Shown here: positions 26,230 to 40,083 of the stretch, piece by piece | How positions within the stretch are numbered: position 1 is the first letter of the stretch | How the letters are laid out: the number at the start of each line of letters is the position of its first letter | Source: Marsupella aquatica | Lineage: Eukaryota > Plantae > Marchantiophyta | Assembly: GCA_973895155.1 (NCBI GenBank) | Contig: OZ316893.1 | Coordinates: 4,446,490 to 4,510,489 of the forward strand | Direction: 5' to 3' | Length of the DNA stretch: 64,000 nucleotides | Notes under the pieces: generated by a model | What the model saw: the letters and a program-made list of their open reading frames with translations, nothing else | The model's database searches: none | Told to the model about the DNA's origin: nothing | Made by a program: the position numbers and the translations under genes

Positions 26230-29200
26230 ATGGGGAGAGGGATTGACGGGCCAACTCCCGAGGAGGCGATGGCGTCATTGGATGTTAGGGGAGGAGGAGG
26301 AGGGGAGAGGAAGGCGATGACAAACAGACAGCTTCAAGTTGGAAAATCGAGAACAACTTCAGATGGAGGAGTGACAGGAGGACGAAAGCAGCAGCAGAAA
26401 ATGTCGTACCCGATAGGGCCACCGGCGGGCTTGCCACTTGTGGTCGCTCTGAATTGCATGGATGATTGTTCCGCAGAGGCAGAGGCGTTAGACGGAGTGG
26501 CAGTAGTCGAACACGTTGGTCTAGCGCAGGTTGGAGAAGGAAAGATCGAAGCCGCTGTGGCTGTCTTGGTGCAGTCTCTGGCGTACCTGCCTCGCGCTGC
26601 GCAGAGGCGGTTGCAGCCCTGGCAGCTCATCTTGAGCCTTGGCTGTGCAGACAAGCCCGTGGACTCGGGGCTGGCGAGCGATTTGGGCCTGCAGCTTCTT
26701 CATGTAGACAGCGGTCGGAGCGAAGAGATCGCTGATACTGCCATGGCGCTAATTCTCGGGTTGTTGAGGCGTACACCCGCCCTGGCTGCGCAAGCGGGAG
26801 CCAGTGCGGGATGGCTTGGTGCATTGCCTGCTGCATGTCGTGGTATGCGCCGATGCCGGGGTCAAGTGCTCGGAATCATTGGCGCTTCGGCGGCAGCATG
26901 CGCCCTTGCGGTCCGGTGCCTAGCATTCAAAATGAATGTGATTTATCTGGATACCGAGGAGGTAGGTCACGATGTCTGTCCACCGAAATGCAGTACAGAA
27001 AATGCGACCTTTCTAAGTGTATTATGAATGGTATGAGCACACGACACGAGCACGGGCGGCATGACGCACATAATAAGTTCCACTTCGTTACAATATGAAG
27101 TCGGAATTATTTGGGTTTTTAACGCAATGCCGTACGTTCAGCGTTGTTTCGTGCTGCTTACTGATTGGTCCTTTAGAAACCTTATTCGTGTAGTTCTGTT
27201 TCTATCCCGTCTTGCATAGTCAGCCTCATTCTCTCTCACGTTTCTAAACTACTAGTACAGACGTGTGGGCACTGGTCTGAGGGTGGCGTTGTAATTTTTC
27301 TTTGTACTACAAGGGCTGGGTTCTGTGGACATAAACGTGTGGTTGAAGCTCTCTTCCTTTTAGTCTGCGATATCCCAACAATAGGTAGTGTTGCATCACA
27401 GGACGTATGTCACGTATTTGAGTTCCCGAGATCGTTAGCGATTTCGGGGTTGGGACGCAAGAGCTGTGTATGATAGACCGTGCAAAAGTTGTCTTTTTGA
27501 ATTTCTTGTTGATTGAAGGCAATAGTACTCTTATTTCTGCCGTCATTTTACGATGGTGAAGAGTGTTAGGCAGATCATGGCAACTGATATGGATGTGGTC
27601 ATGAAAGCAGGGGACCGATGGTAGCAGACGCCGTTGTCGAGCGTTCCCTCCTGAAGTAAAGAAAATGGACAGTCTCCAGGAGCTTCTCTCATTAAGTGAC
27701 GTTGTATCGCTGCACTGTCCTCTAACTAACGAGACTGTACAGATCATCAACGCCGAAACCATCAAGTTTCTTAAGCCCGGTAATTCCGTCCTGTAGTATT
27801 CCGTCAGCGGGACTCTCTTCAATAATGCTTAGCTGGTAGAGAAGGAAAGAGTTGGGGAGACCCGCATTGGCAGACAGAGAAGTTGCAAGGAGCGTTCGCA
27901 AAGTCAATAAATACTTATTGTGACACATGCCTCCTTTTTGCAGATTTTATGGTTACTAGTGCCGGTAGAGTGCTCAGTCTTATATTAGTAGAATCTGACG
28001 CCGTCTTATTGTATCAGGTGCAATGCTTGTGAATACAAGCAGCAGCCATCTGCTTGACGACTGTGCCTTGAAGGAGGCGTTGATCGAGGGTACCCTTGCC
28101 GGATGTGCTCTGGACGGAGTCGAAGGCCCACAATGGCTGGAAGCTTGGGTATTAGTTTCGCAAGCTGTTAAATACTTACTACGTTTTGTAGATGCTATCT
28201 TAGTTATGGTGGTTGTAAGAAGTCCTGTAAGGTGCTTAAAATATTAACGTGGATAGAGTTACGTAAAAAATGATCTCGTCAGATGTCGCTACACATTGAT
28301 CTCACCAGATGTGGCATTTGACTTTTTGGACATACTTAACTCCAATAAATGATTTTGATCACTGCGTGAAGTAATTTGGGTTGCTTTTGGTTAGAGTCTC
28401 TGTTGCTTCCTCTCTAATGAAGAGATAGATATTCGCGGATTGGCATTAAGGAGATTACGACCTTGTCCGTTGCAGACCTTTACTGCAGGCGTGTACTCGC
28501 AAGTTATAGTGAGCATATAGTGAGCACGCATCCATCTCAACGGTCTTTCAGGATGCTAAGACATTTTCCCTGCCAATTTTCTCAGGTCAGGGAGATGCCA
28601 AACGTGCTTATATTACCCAAAAGCGCTGACTACAGCGAAGAAGTTTGGGCCGAGATTCGAGCCAAAGCCGTGTCAGTTCTGCGATCCTTCCTTCTCGAAG
28701 GCGTAGTCCCTGTAGATGCAGCCTCTGACGAAGAAGAGGACCGAAGGGATTCTATGTGGCAAGAGGAAAGACCAGAGCCGTTGGTTAAGGAGAGCATAAA
28801 TGTTGCACGGACTAAAGATGGAGAGCAGCGACCATGTGAGAGTCAACCTGGGCAGGACTTTCGGCAGAAGCAGATGTATTTTCAGTCGCAGGAGCCTCGG
28901 GTTCATCCTGAAGCTGACTTGTCACATGGATCAGTGCAGCATGATTCAAGAAACCATAATGCCAAGGCATCTGGTAAGAAAGGCAAGAAACGGGCAGGGC
29001 GACGGAAAGCTGCTCAGCAGCAATTATCGACCACTTTGGAGACCCTAGCAGCACCTGAACGGGAAGCTAACTGGCAAGCATTACAGCGCGGAGATAATGG
29101 TCATGGTCTAGTTACGAAAGAGTCTGAAGCCGACTCTAATTCGAGGTTCGAGTCACCTGTCGAAGCTAAGGTCAAGCGTGAGGCTGATGGCGGACCTTGT

Positions 29201-31169
29201 CTGGAAACAACTTCTGAAACAATACAGATGGTGCAGCAAGGAACAGAGACAGGAGCAACACCGGGTGTAGCACTTGATCAACTCAAGGAAGGTCAGATAG
29301 TCGCTCTGCGTGCACGGGGTGGAGGTGGATATTATGTTGCAAGGCAGAAGGGTCCTGGTCGTGGCTGGCGATTAGACACAATGGTTGATGTGACATGTCG
29401 TGATCCGGCTGCGCAGTTTTTAGTGGTTGTCCGCAATCGGGTAGAACTCTTATTTCAAACTTTTAGCTCTTCTGCCTCTCTGTAGTTTGCCCGGTTGGAG
29501 GATGATGACACCGCGAGATTTCCTTTGATGGTATGGTGGTAGTAATTTCTTTACTCAGAGCTGAAGGGGGACTGTGTGTTCGATGCAGGATCGGATTGGT
29601 TTGCGGTCTTTAGCAGCAGGAGGCAAGCTACTACAGGTGACTTGGCAGAATCTGTTTTTGGTTTGAAACACATAATCTAATCATAATACGCCGTAAACCC
29701 CACGAATGGGGGAATCCCGCAGGGCAAATAAACAAGGGGCCTGACTATACCCCGGCAAATGGTCCAAGAATGCACCAGATTATAAAACAGAGTTGGCAGC
29801 ATCTTCATCTCAATCATATGATAAGGGTTTCCGAGAGCTAGTATAGTCGACCTTCTAATGTGCCTACTGTTTTCGATTATGCCGTAAGGTGCGGTAGCGT
29901 TAGTAATCATGTGTGGTGCTTACATTATAAAGCTAATAGTAGACTTAACTAAGCACTGATGATTTGGTTTGTTGCTTCGTTATGAAGGCAAACAAGAAGT
30001 TGGAATTGGTGTTCGTGAATCATACTTTTGATGTTTGGGAGAGCTGGATTGTGGAAGGTGCGACTCTGGAGGACTGCACGTTGACAAATAGCAAGTTTCG
30101 TGGGGTAAGTAATTTGACTTATGGCGAACCTTTGCTTTACGGGAATCTTTGGGTCTGCTCATGGACACTTTCGGCACTGTTGGTTTTCATCTCATAAGAG
30201 ATGAGACTCAGTGCAATCATCAGACATTGTCATTCCCCGACAGTTTCTGCAATGCTGCTAATGTCTAAGTTAAAGTACCTAAATCTAATCCCGATCTCTC
30301 AAAGCCTGTGAGCCAAAAGACTTATGTGCCCTATCTGAAAGTAGTTTTATTCCAGTTTTGTAATGTGTGGCCGATCCAAATTTTGTCCCGGTCCTGGCAG
30401 TGGTGTTGAAGGATGTGTAGTAATATAATGGGACGTCGGCCTGTGAGCCAAAAGACATGTGTCCTATCTGAAAATAGTTTTATTCCGTTTTTCTAATGTA
30501 TGGCCGATCCAACAATCTTGTCCCGGTCCTGGCAGTGGTGTTGAACGATGTGTACGAATATATTGGGACGTCGTGATCTTCTAGTTGTAGTCTGTGTGCG
30601 TGCCCAGTTCATGATCTGTTGTTCATCTAGATTGAAATCATCTGAATGTGAATATAGTCTATCCTTGTGGAGCTGTAAGCACTGATATGGATGGAAATGT
30701 CTATGTCATCTAGTCTGCCCATAGGCTTGCGGAACTGTTGAACAACATATTTACACAAGATGAGGGCCTCCTTAATGTCGCAGTGTCATGCAAAACTTTG
30801 GTGGGTCTTGTCTTCTCAAACAACAGAAGTTTCCTCTGTATTGAGTCCTTTTCTGCTCGTAGTTGCTTCAAAACATTTAACTTTTTGGGGATTTTGCTGG
30901 GTTGTCAATCTCTCAGAGTGTTCTGTTTGGGTAGTATGTTTTGAGTAAATTAGTGTTACTTAGTTGGTGTCTCCGCTTGCTCTGTGAGCAGTTGAAGTCT
31001 CTCTGCCATTTGATGTAGTTTTTAAAGCGTTTCTGAAAGTTGCGAAGTATGTTAGATGATATATTAATATTTTTTGTTGTGTGTTTGTTTGCAGGTATCC
31101 TTAGAAGTGTCTATTGAAATTTTGGCTGCCGTAGGAGAGGAGGACGGCGTTGCCCGGTGGCTGACTTAG
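26230..31169 (+). CDS. AN: ANGUSTIFOLIA (plant CtBP/BARS-like, D-2-hydroxyacid dehydrogenase fold plus plant-specific C-terminal domain), 708 aa
   Basis: Exons 26230-26961, 27611-27779, 28018-28148, 28586-29440, 29589-29636, 29988-30104, 31095-31169 (2127 nt). Motifs PLVVALNC, SLAYLPRAAQRRLQPWQLIL, EEIADT, GMRRCRG, LLDDCALK, GPQWLEAWVREMPNVLILP, DPAAQFL, HTFDVWESW, EDGVARWL. Confidence 0.95.
30304..30573. repeat. Intronic tandem duplication, 2 x 135 bp (AN intron 6)
   Basis: Units 30304-30438 and 30439-30573. Confidence 0.9.
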
Positions 31170-32673
31170 AATAATGTTATTGGCTTTCAACCTTGCCAGG
31201 TCTAAAATATACTTGTTTACACGCTTAAGGACTATTGAGGAGTAGGCCAGCCATTGACATATCTTTCCAAATGTGTCAACCTCCAAATGATAGATTATTT
31301 ACATTTTCGGTACGGTAGAATATGTAGATGGGAACTGTCAACGTAAAACAGCTCCAGTAGATGACATTGATGGGTTGGGTTGTAGGGATCGGGACCCAGG
31401 GTACCCCCCGCCTTGTAGAATACAAATTCCGTTTCAAGCTATCCGAGTTTTTTTTACAGTCGATAGAGAACCTCAGTCCAGCTCCATGGCTTTTGCTGAA
31501 TTAATAATTACGATGGATCTCGGGTGTAGATCTTGAGGTATAAGTTCCTCTCTGTTGGCTGCGAATGGCTCACATTATTTTAATCAATCCAGCTTGAAAT
31601 TTCCAGTTTACTGTACAGTCAGAGAGGGAACTGCAAATACGATTTTCCTGACTAAGAACGAGGTCGTTCTTAATAACTGTGGAATGATGAGGAGATTGGC
31701 TTAATCTTCTGACTAGTAAAACCCTCTCCTTTGACGTCATGAGACCAAAGTATCACTCATCATTCCACAGTTTACTACGCTGCTCCTAATGTATGAACTG
31801 ATTGTCCTCACTACCAAAAGATGACCACGGTCTTAATTTTTATGCTTGGTCTCGATATGTCATCTTCTGTTTCCAATTCCCCGTCCCGATGATTTGGTCA
31901 GGCAGGTGGTACAAAATCGGTGAAGGCTTGGAACGTGAATAGTTGGAGTATATTTTTCTGCCCACAGATTTCAAAGGGTATTCTAAGTTGAAGAGACCAA
32001 GGGAACTTAGTTGAGCAGATTTGACCCGTAGAATTCGACGGGTACTCTAAGTTGATCGAGAAGAAAGTTGATTGTTAGACCTGTAGGATCCAAGTGGGGA
32101 TGCTTAACGTTCGAGATGGCGCGCTAAAAGTGGTTGCGGACAACCCCAACGTCGTGGTTCGAGTGTGAAGTATTAATTTTCAGGACAGACCATTATTTCT
32201 CAGAGAAAGGAGAGTGCTGCAAAAGAGAAATCAGTGTAGAGAAGGCATATAGGTTTGACACGCGACCAGAGAAAAACTATCATAATTTTGATTAGCAATG
32301 AGAGAGCTGACACGCACTTAGTTCAAAATGTCTGGGTGCGAGAGAAGGACGGCATTATCATTGTCGACAACATACAAGGTGCTGAGTCTTTTAAGTCATA
32401 CGATTAAGGATTTTTCCACATGTGTCTGGGCTTGATCTGTAAGTTTAGCCGCAGGAAACTCATGTGTTGATCTAGTGTAGCTCTTCAACACTTATTAGGA
32501 AATAAGTACAAGAATTGATACACTTTTCTGACTTTGTACTTAATCAATGGCCAGGAATCCTTGACAGAGTTGGTCGATAGCCTGTACCTGACATAGTTAG
32601 CAATTGCATTCTAACTGCGATTGGGAGAATCATCGGTCAGAATTGTATCCTAACCCATTACCAGAAGTGGTCT

Positions 32674-32943
32674 TCAATGATCCTTGCCTTTGCCTTTCCC
32701 CTTACCCTTCTTCTTAGATTGAATAGCTAGGCGCTGCTCTCGGGCAACTCGCTCTGCCTCCTCGAGCTCAAACCTTTTCTGCGTAGCGTTGGCAAATCTT
32801 CTCGAGATGATGAAGAGGATGATCAAAGAAAGAGTGGCCTGACCACCCGAGATGATTCTCGCAGCAGCAAGGATGCCCGGAAACAACCCTATTACTAAGA
32901 GGATCAACTGCCGATACTTCATGAACATCTCCATTGACACCAT
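32674..32943 (-). CDS. Small (89 aa) hypothetical membrane protein with Lys-rich tail
   Basis: ATG-initiated ORF with two hydrophobic segments, a charged helix and KKKGKGKGKGKDH end; plausible 5' UTR intron (donor gtaagt near 33398, acceptor ttcttcag near 33121). Confidence 0.6.
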   Translation of the reverse strand: MVSMEMFMKYRQLILLVIGLFPGILAAARIISGGQATLSLIILFIISRRFANATQKRFELEEAERVAREQRLAIQSKKKGKGKGKGKDH

Positions 32944-35024
32944 TGTGTGAGGGTCAACAGCAGATCAGGTCAAGTCCTTGGACGGCAGCAAAGAATCCTC
33001 CGGTCCTTCCAAATCCGTCCAATTCTCGATCAACCCCCAAACCCTAGTTTGATGAAGCTCTCACCACTACACGCTCCAAGGTTCCCCGGTGGTCGAAAGG
33101 GTATCAATAGACTTGCACCTCTGAAGAAACACAAGTAAGTACAACATTTCAGCTATCCCACTCTACCTTCCCAGATCAATTACGCTGCAAATTTGTTCTA
33201 CCGCACGGTCCAGCAGTGGAGCGCCATGCACTCTTCCTGCATCCCATCGAGAGACCTCCAATTGAAGGCAAGGAAACGTCCTATGTAAGCGGTATCGCAG
33301 CGACATGTATACCCATTACAACGAGCGCACTCAGGCAATTTGAGCTGAACCAAAACAACTTGAGCTAAACCAAAACAATTAACCCAACACCAACTTACGA
33401 TCTTCAAATCAGCCAACACAATAATCTCTGAGTAAGAATCTTGCACCATTCGTCTCAACGTCTCTCTTCCAATTGAGCAGTTCACTGGCGATGACTTCTG
33501 ATCGCCCAGAGCATCCCAAGGCCAGTAAACTATCTGCGGCCGCGCCTCCTTCGACAGACCCGGATATCACCACAATCGTCGAGCTATAAAGAACGTTTCT
33601 GCTTTCCAACTTCGAGTGGTCAACACGTGACCTGTAGGCGCTCTTGTCCTGAGTTTACTAGACTCGCTTGTCTCCATGTCCAGAAATTCTCTGTCTAGCA
33701 GGATCAAGCAGTCAGGCAAGTTAATCAACTAGTGTACTTCACTGCAATTTGGATTAAAACGGATTAAAACCTTTAATACAACTTTGCACCACTTTTTAAC
33801 TGTGGCCATCATTCATTATGCATGGGAAAAAAAACACGAAATTGGAAAAAGATACAAGAATAGGACCAAACAAAACATGTCACCGCTCGAGTACAGACCA
33901 CAGCGACTCCCAACTTGTGCCCGCCCCGATGTCGATCAGTTGCCCCTCCAATGCCCTCGACAAAGGACAACTGACATGACATGCTATACACCTACCGAAC
34001 TGTGTTTGTGAGGCAAGCGGTACAACAGTATGCCCGGTTGGAGTTGTGAGTGTTGCACTATAAAAGTGGTACAAGACAATTAAGTGGCAAAGGTGATTGA
34101 AGAGCTTGTGATACATGCTGTACTGCTTAGTACAGGGCACAATAAGCTTTAAAGGGGTACAAGGAGCCTATAGACAGCTTTAGAGGGAGGGGAGGTGTAG
34201 GGTATGCCTCCCATCTGGCCCCAAGTGTGCTTTAGGCACATTAAAGGAGGGTACAATGGGGCATTGAATAGGCCCTGTACCCCAGAACAGGTATGCAAGG
34301 CAGTAATTTTGTCTTTATTATAGGTATTTGTCAGTTGGTGGTCATATTATAGGCATAATTATTATTTACTCAACTTATTATCATGTTTGACTATCACACA
34401 ATATTCTTGGTATCAAAAATGTTTAGGAGTTATTGCAAAAATGTGGATGCCCTTCCCACACAATTTATCTGGAGAAATTGTCAAGAGATATAAGGGAACC
34501 TAAGGAACTTGAGAAATGGTTGGGACGGGACAAAATTTCAAGGGAATTGGTTTTAAGCATCATTCGGTCTCTTACAAAATTATAAATTTAAAAGTTAGCA
34601 TATTCAACTAGACACCTGACGTGTTGTGACCCTCCAAGAATAGTTGCAAGGTAGATCCATTTCTCATTGTACATTGTAATATTGTGACCCTCAAAACCAC
34701 TCCAAACAATATCCTTCAAAGCCCTCATTACTAGCAACTCAAACAATCATTGAACCTTGGGTGGCACAACATGATTGCATTCTTCCAATTGAAACAACTT
34801 CCAATGGAGTGGTAGTCCTAGGTTGTTTGTTGTGCCCAAACCGCTACAACTAAAGTGGGTTGAGGGTAACTTAGGGAAAATGTCACTTGAAATACCAGCA
34901 TCTTCTAAGTGGGGAAGTAAATTGTGTGTGAACACTTGCAATAGAGTGCATTCTTATGCACCTGCCCAAATCACTACAAAAAAAGTGGTGCTTTCAAACC
35001 CTCACCTTAGTTTGGGCAACTACC

Positions 35025-35680
35025 TCCGGGGGAATCACTTAGAGTAAAACCCCTAAAACATGTGAGAACAAACCAATGAAATTTGGAAAAATAATTCAAA
35101 AATAAATTAAATACCGTCTATTATATGACTTGGAAATTTTTTTAAGTACCTTGTTGAATAAAAAAACTAATATTGTTACCAAAATTGGAATTTAAATGCC
35201 TTTAATATAAAATTTTGATTATAATTATTATCCCAACAAGATTAAAAATAACCTTCATTTGTTTGCACCCCGTGCTAATAATCCAATGACTAATTCCCCG
35301 GGGCAACTACATAGCTCACCCACATTTTAGTGATGCAAAACACAATTATACACTTGCCATAAACTAGAGCTAGAAGGAGTTAGTTGTGTGCACGCCCGGG
35401 CTGGGGAATCATTTGCTGGATTATTAATATGAGGTGCAAACAAATGAAAGTTATTTTTTAATATTGTTGGGGTAATAATTATAATCAAACACTTATACTA
35501 GAGGCATTTAAAATTTCAATTTTAGTAAGAATATTAATTTTTATATTCAACAAGGTACTTAAAAATTGGTCCAAGTCATATAATAGACGGTATTTAATTT
35601 ATTTTTGAATTATTTTTCCAAATTTCATTGGTTTGTTCTCACATGTTTTAGGGGTTTTACTCTAGGTGATTCCCTAGGGG
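35025..35680. mobile_element. Foldback / long-TIR MITE-like element
   Basis: 35030-35300 is the reverse complement of about 35400-35674, near perfect over the outer ~110 bp; AT-rich and non-coding. Confidence 0.88.
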
Positions 35681-35818
35681 TGCATGCACCTTAGCTCCAT
35701 ATTTGTAAATCTGTAGAATCTTGGAGTCATTTGTGTGAAGTTCATAATGTTTCATCACTGGTGTGCTTCAAAAGCTCTCCACCTTTGGATTTTATATGTG
35801 ACAATCGGGGTCACGATC

Positions 35819-37310
35819 AGTGGTGGACCTTGCCGCCCAGCGCCCTCACCAATCCCAGCACCTATGCCTAAGTGCCCCTGGTGCCCACGCCTCCTTGAGC
35901 AAGCAACCTAGTGCCCCATGCACCACCAGCGGCCCTCCCATACAAAGCCGCACTTGCTCTCCAACACGATCGCTACTCAACGGTCCTCACTATCTGCACA
36001 AGCAACCAAACACCTCTGTAAGTAACCCTTCAGGATCTAGAACCCACCAATTCTAGCATCCTAACTCAAGCTCAACAGACATTGGTAAATAGGTCAATGA
36101 TAGGTCCTCTTGATGCCATAAGCCGGAACCAGAACTCACGCCATTGTTCGTCTAGAACAGCTCCTTCCTTGGGCGCGGCCCAGGTTCCCCATCATACCTA
36201 TCCATCACCAACTGACCGCCCTGACCCCAGGACATGCTCATGGCCCAAGTAGCGTAGCTTTTCCTAAAGCTTGTCCCAAGTTTGTTCCCAACACGCCAGG
36301 ACCAGAATGGCCTTGACTCTAGCAACCAACTCCCGGTTCGCTCCACTGATGGTCTAGGGGCCGAGCACCCTTGGAACTCAACCTCCACGCCTACTTGGCC
36401 TTGCCTCCCCAACGCAAGCTCCCTTGGGAGACTGAACGCGACTTGGCTGCTATTCGGCAAGATATATTTGGCAAACGGGTGAGCTAACACCCGCAAACCT
36501 CAAGAACCCATGGCGCCCTCAGACCCAACTAAGCTCAGGAGGACGTAACCCTCTTTGAGAGATTTCCAACTCACCCAAGAAGTCCTCCAACGGACTTCCC
36601 GTTGGGAAGATATTGCCGTTTTCGTTTGACACTTTCCCTTAGTGTCGCATCCGCCGCGGCTCACGATTTCAGCTCACCCGTAGCCCCAGGGAGACACCAC
36701 TCCCATCATATATGCTTTTGGAAACCTGCCATCCCCGGACCAACTTTGGTCCCTAAAATTTTGGCCTCCAACCCGGATCCTATCGCGCATACTGGGAGCG
36801 CCACCAACTGGCAACGCCCATAACTTTCTCGTGAGGTGCCTGCAAGCGGAGTGCCTTAGCCCGTTGTGATCAGGCCGACCCAGTGCTCATGCCTAGGCCC
36901 TCAGGTCTCTTCGCCGCTTGGGGTCCCCGATCGGTCGAACCCGGATTGGGCAATAACTCATGCCCCAAACGTCCATTGCCCATGGCGTCAACTCCATTGG
37001 CCTTGGGCCCAAGAGGAGCTCACACTCAAGTCCTCAGAACTCAAAGTCCTTCTGGGGGTTCGGACGGTCGACCTTGAGTCCGGCCCCTTTTCCCCTTGAC
37101 CCGACCAGCCCTTGGCTAGCCTAAGTCTTTAATGTGTATCACCAACTTGGCTCCTTGCCCCTTTGCTACTAGTGCCATAACTCATTGTCCACAAGTCTCC
37201 CCATGCTAAGTCCTCCCCAGATGGCCTATCCGAGCCTGGACCATAAGGGAGCTCAGAGTCGGAGTCAGCGACGCCGGAGCTAAGTGTTAAGGTAGTCGAG
37301 TTCCGCGACT
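35819..37310. mobile_element. 1.5-kb interspersed repeat, copy 2 (same orientation as copy 1)
   Basis: Colinear with 17277-18778. Confidence 0.85.
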
Positions 37311-39004
37311 CAATCCCATTGCCATTGCTACAACTAGTTGGGACATGTGATAGTTTTGTTCACACTTTGGGTTGTGCTATTGCTGCTCTGGGCAATTGAG
37401 ATGTGACTTGCAGTTTGAGAAGGCTTCTAGGGGAGCTGCTGCTGATCAAGTTTGAGTTTGAGCTGGCTACATTAGTAATGATCAATTGCACTTGCAACCT
37501 TTGAGTTGGGTACTTTTGTAATGCTGCTGCAACCTTTGAAGTGACCTGAACTCAACTGAAGGCTGCAAACTGCTGTGACAGTGAGTTCACCTTAGCTGAA
37601 ACTTGATGTTAATTTTTCTTTCAACTAAAATAGATTTTGTTAGAGGTCTTGTAGTGACCAATGATGAAGCCACAAGTTTGAGAGCCAAAATTGAGCCATG
37701 CTTTAATTAATTTTGAGAACCAGCCAGGAGGTGGAGGACGCTACTTAGAGCGTAGTGTATCCATTCCTCAATCCATTCAAGTTATGGTTTTATGACCAAT
37801 GAATCAAGGATTGATGCAGGTGACGATTTGCATGTTCACATTTGCTCTTGGACAAGCTCTTGACATGATTCCTTTGGTAAAAGCTTCATGAGGGCTTGAG
37901 GGAAAACACATCAACAAAAACTTTGCGCTGATGAATTTCATTGGACTGTACTTTGGACCTTTGCGTCTGTGTGCATTATTCTATGCATCACATACGGTCA
38001 AGAACGTTATCAAGATACAGTCATTGGTTCCTACCACGTTTCTTTCCTTAATGGAGAAATGACTGGTCAAGACTTCTCTTTTTTTTGAATCTTGAATCAT
38101 GCTACCTACTCTCTAGCTCGCTCTCCTATTCAGTACTCTGGCATGGTCAATGGAGTCTTGTTTGTGTGACATAGGGTAAATGGAATGACCAACAGTTGGC
38201 ATTAATTGGGGAAGTCTTGAGCCTATCTGAGGTTGTCCTTGAAGACCCTATATAAACTGAAATTCATTTCTACTGAGTATGTGTGCCAGATGCATGAGCT
38301 CATATTGCCAACTGAAAATGATTAGATAGACTATCAAGGTCAATCATCAAATCTCTACTGTTTTAACAATCTTACATATACAAGGGCAAGTACTATTGTT
38401 TGGTGCTCTGACTTAGTACGTGACAGAGAATAGGTCTTTTTTGGAATGGGCTATTATAGTGGAAGCAGGGGTGGAAGCCCGCATCCTATATATTGTTGGT
38501 GTGTACTTCAAAATTAATGCATATCGATCTGTGCAATTCTGCTATCACCATACATAGATCGAAGTTGTGTGTACAGACTTGACTTTCTGGCTAAAGGGTT
38601 GACTCCCTTACCTATATATGCCCAATAGTTGGGAACCGAATTTCAACATAATCTATTAACAAAGTAGCGGATATATTGTGGGCAGGCCAGGGGACCGTCA
38701 AGGCAAGCATGGATATAATTGTTTGGCGTAGAAGGGGGGAAATTGCCACAATTTAATTTTTAGCCGCTAGGTTTGACATTCTGACTTAAAACTTGGACAT
38801 ATCATCGAGGACAATCACAATAACCAAAGAAGTTGTTAGTATTAATTATACTGAGAGATCCAAAGAAGTTGATGTACCAGTGTGATCGGTAATTAAATAT
38901 ACAATTTGTTTTTTTCAGATACTGCGATTGGCAGACTGCATTGTACCAACCCCAGTGCCAGAGGATCCCGCACCGGATAACTGTGTAGATTCCTGATTCA
39001 TATA

Positions 39005-40043
39005 TTATAACCCTAAAGATAACATCTTCGCATTCCCTGGTAGGTACGTTCCTTGGGTACGTCGATTCTTTTCAAAAATTTGATGTTTGAGATCGACGAA
39101 CTGCCACCATCCTCGTGCATGGCTAGCGTTTCGTAATTGCTGGGTACTTCGTTCACAGGTTAACGTTGCTTGTTTCTGATACCATCTCGATACCATCTGG
39201 TACCATCTGCACAAACGAGTAACACTATATTAGCTTACATTCCCGGCCTTCCTTCTTCGGAAGAGGTATCATTAAGAGATATCGAGATACTGAATATATA
39301 CTGAAAGAAAGGAACCTAATGTCCAAGTCATGAAAGTGGTTTCTTTGCACAATTTGAATTTAAATTACACTAACGGTGATTTCTATGGAAATGAAGGAAA
39401 CCTTTTTGCATCTCCTAGATTGTCAAACCTCCCCAAAAACTTCCATCTGAGGAACATGAAAATCGATTAGTAAATTAACAAAAATTGCAGTACAAAAGAT
39501 ACCAAAAATGGAAATTCCAGTTGTTTCATTCTTCGGCTACAGGTTTGCTATTCTGGCCACCCGTCATGAACTCTGTAGCACAGAAGATCTTTTAGAATTC
39601 AGATAGAACAGTTTTGATCTCTCACTTTTTATCAGCTTGTAGCTTGATTTTTACTTCAAACCTGCCTTCAAGGCATCTAGTCACCCCTTCGTCCACATGA
39701 ACATGCTTGGAAAGCCTGGCACGTTTATTCAGAAGTTCTCTGAACTGTTCGTTGGTCAGTGTAGCCATCTGGAATAGATTTAAACAGTATCAATAAATAT
39801 TCTTGCCGTCATTTTTATATTTTATGAAAGGATCCTTCCCAGAAGATCACTAATTTGAAACAAGTACTTATCGACAGTACCTCCTTAACATCTACGCTAT
39901 AATCATAGATGCCTCTGTAGTTGGGCTGGGCAGCTGCAGCATCAAAATGCTTGAGACTTGCTTTATCATAGGCTCTGCAGACCAGTTTATCCAAATGAAG
40001 AAGTGGAGGTTAGCCATGACAGATGCAATTGTGCACATAAAAT

Positions 40044-40083
<40 letters not shown>

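Noticed and set aside
30304-30573. Intronic snoRNA pair
   Set aside because: No convincing C/D or H/ACA box arrangement; a simple tandem duplication explains it.
36531-36550. miR390-like aagctcaggagg
   Set aside because: Only 12 nt match, no hairpin, and not conserved in the other repeat copy.
17277-37310. One giant 20-kb LTR retrotransposon
   Set aside because: The interior holds an intact host gene (AN) with no gag-pol, PBS or PPT; the copies are clearly diverged and the outer flanks share no TSD.
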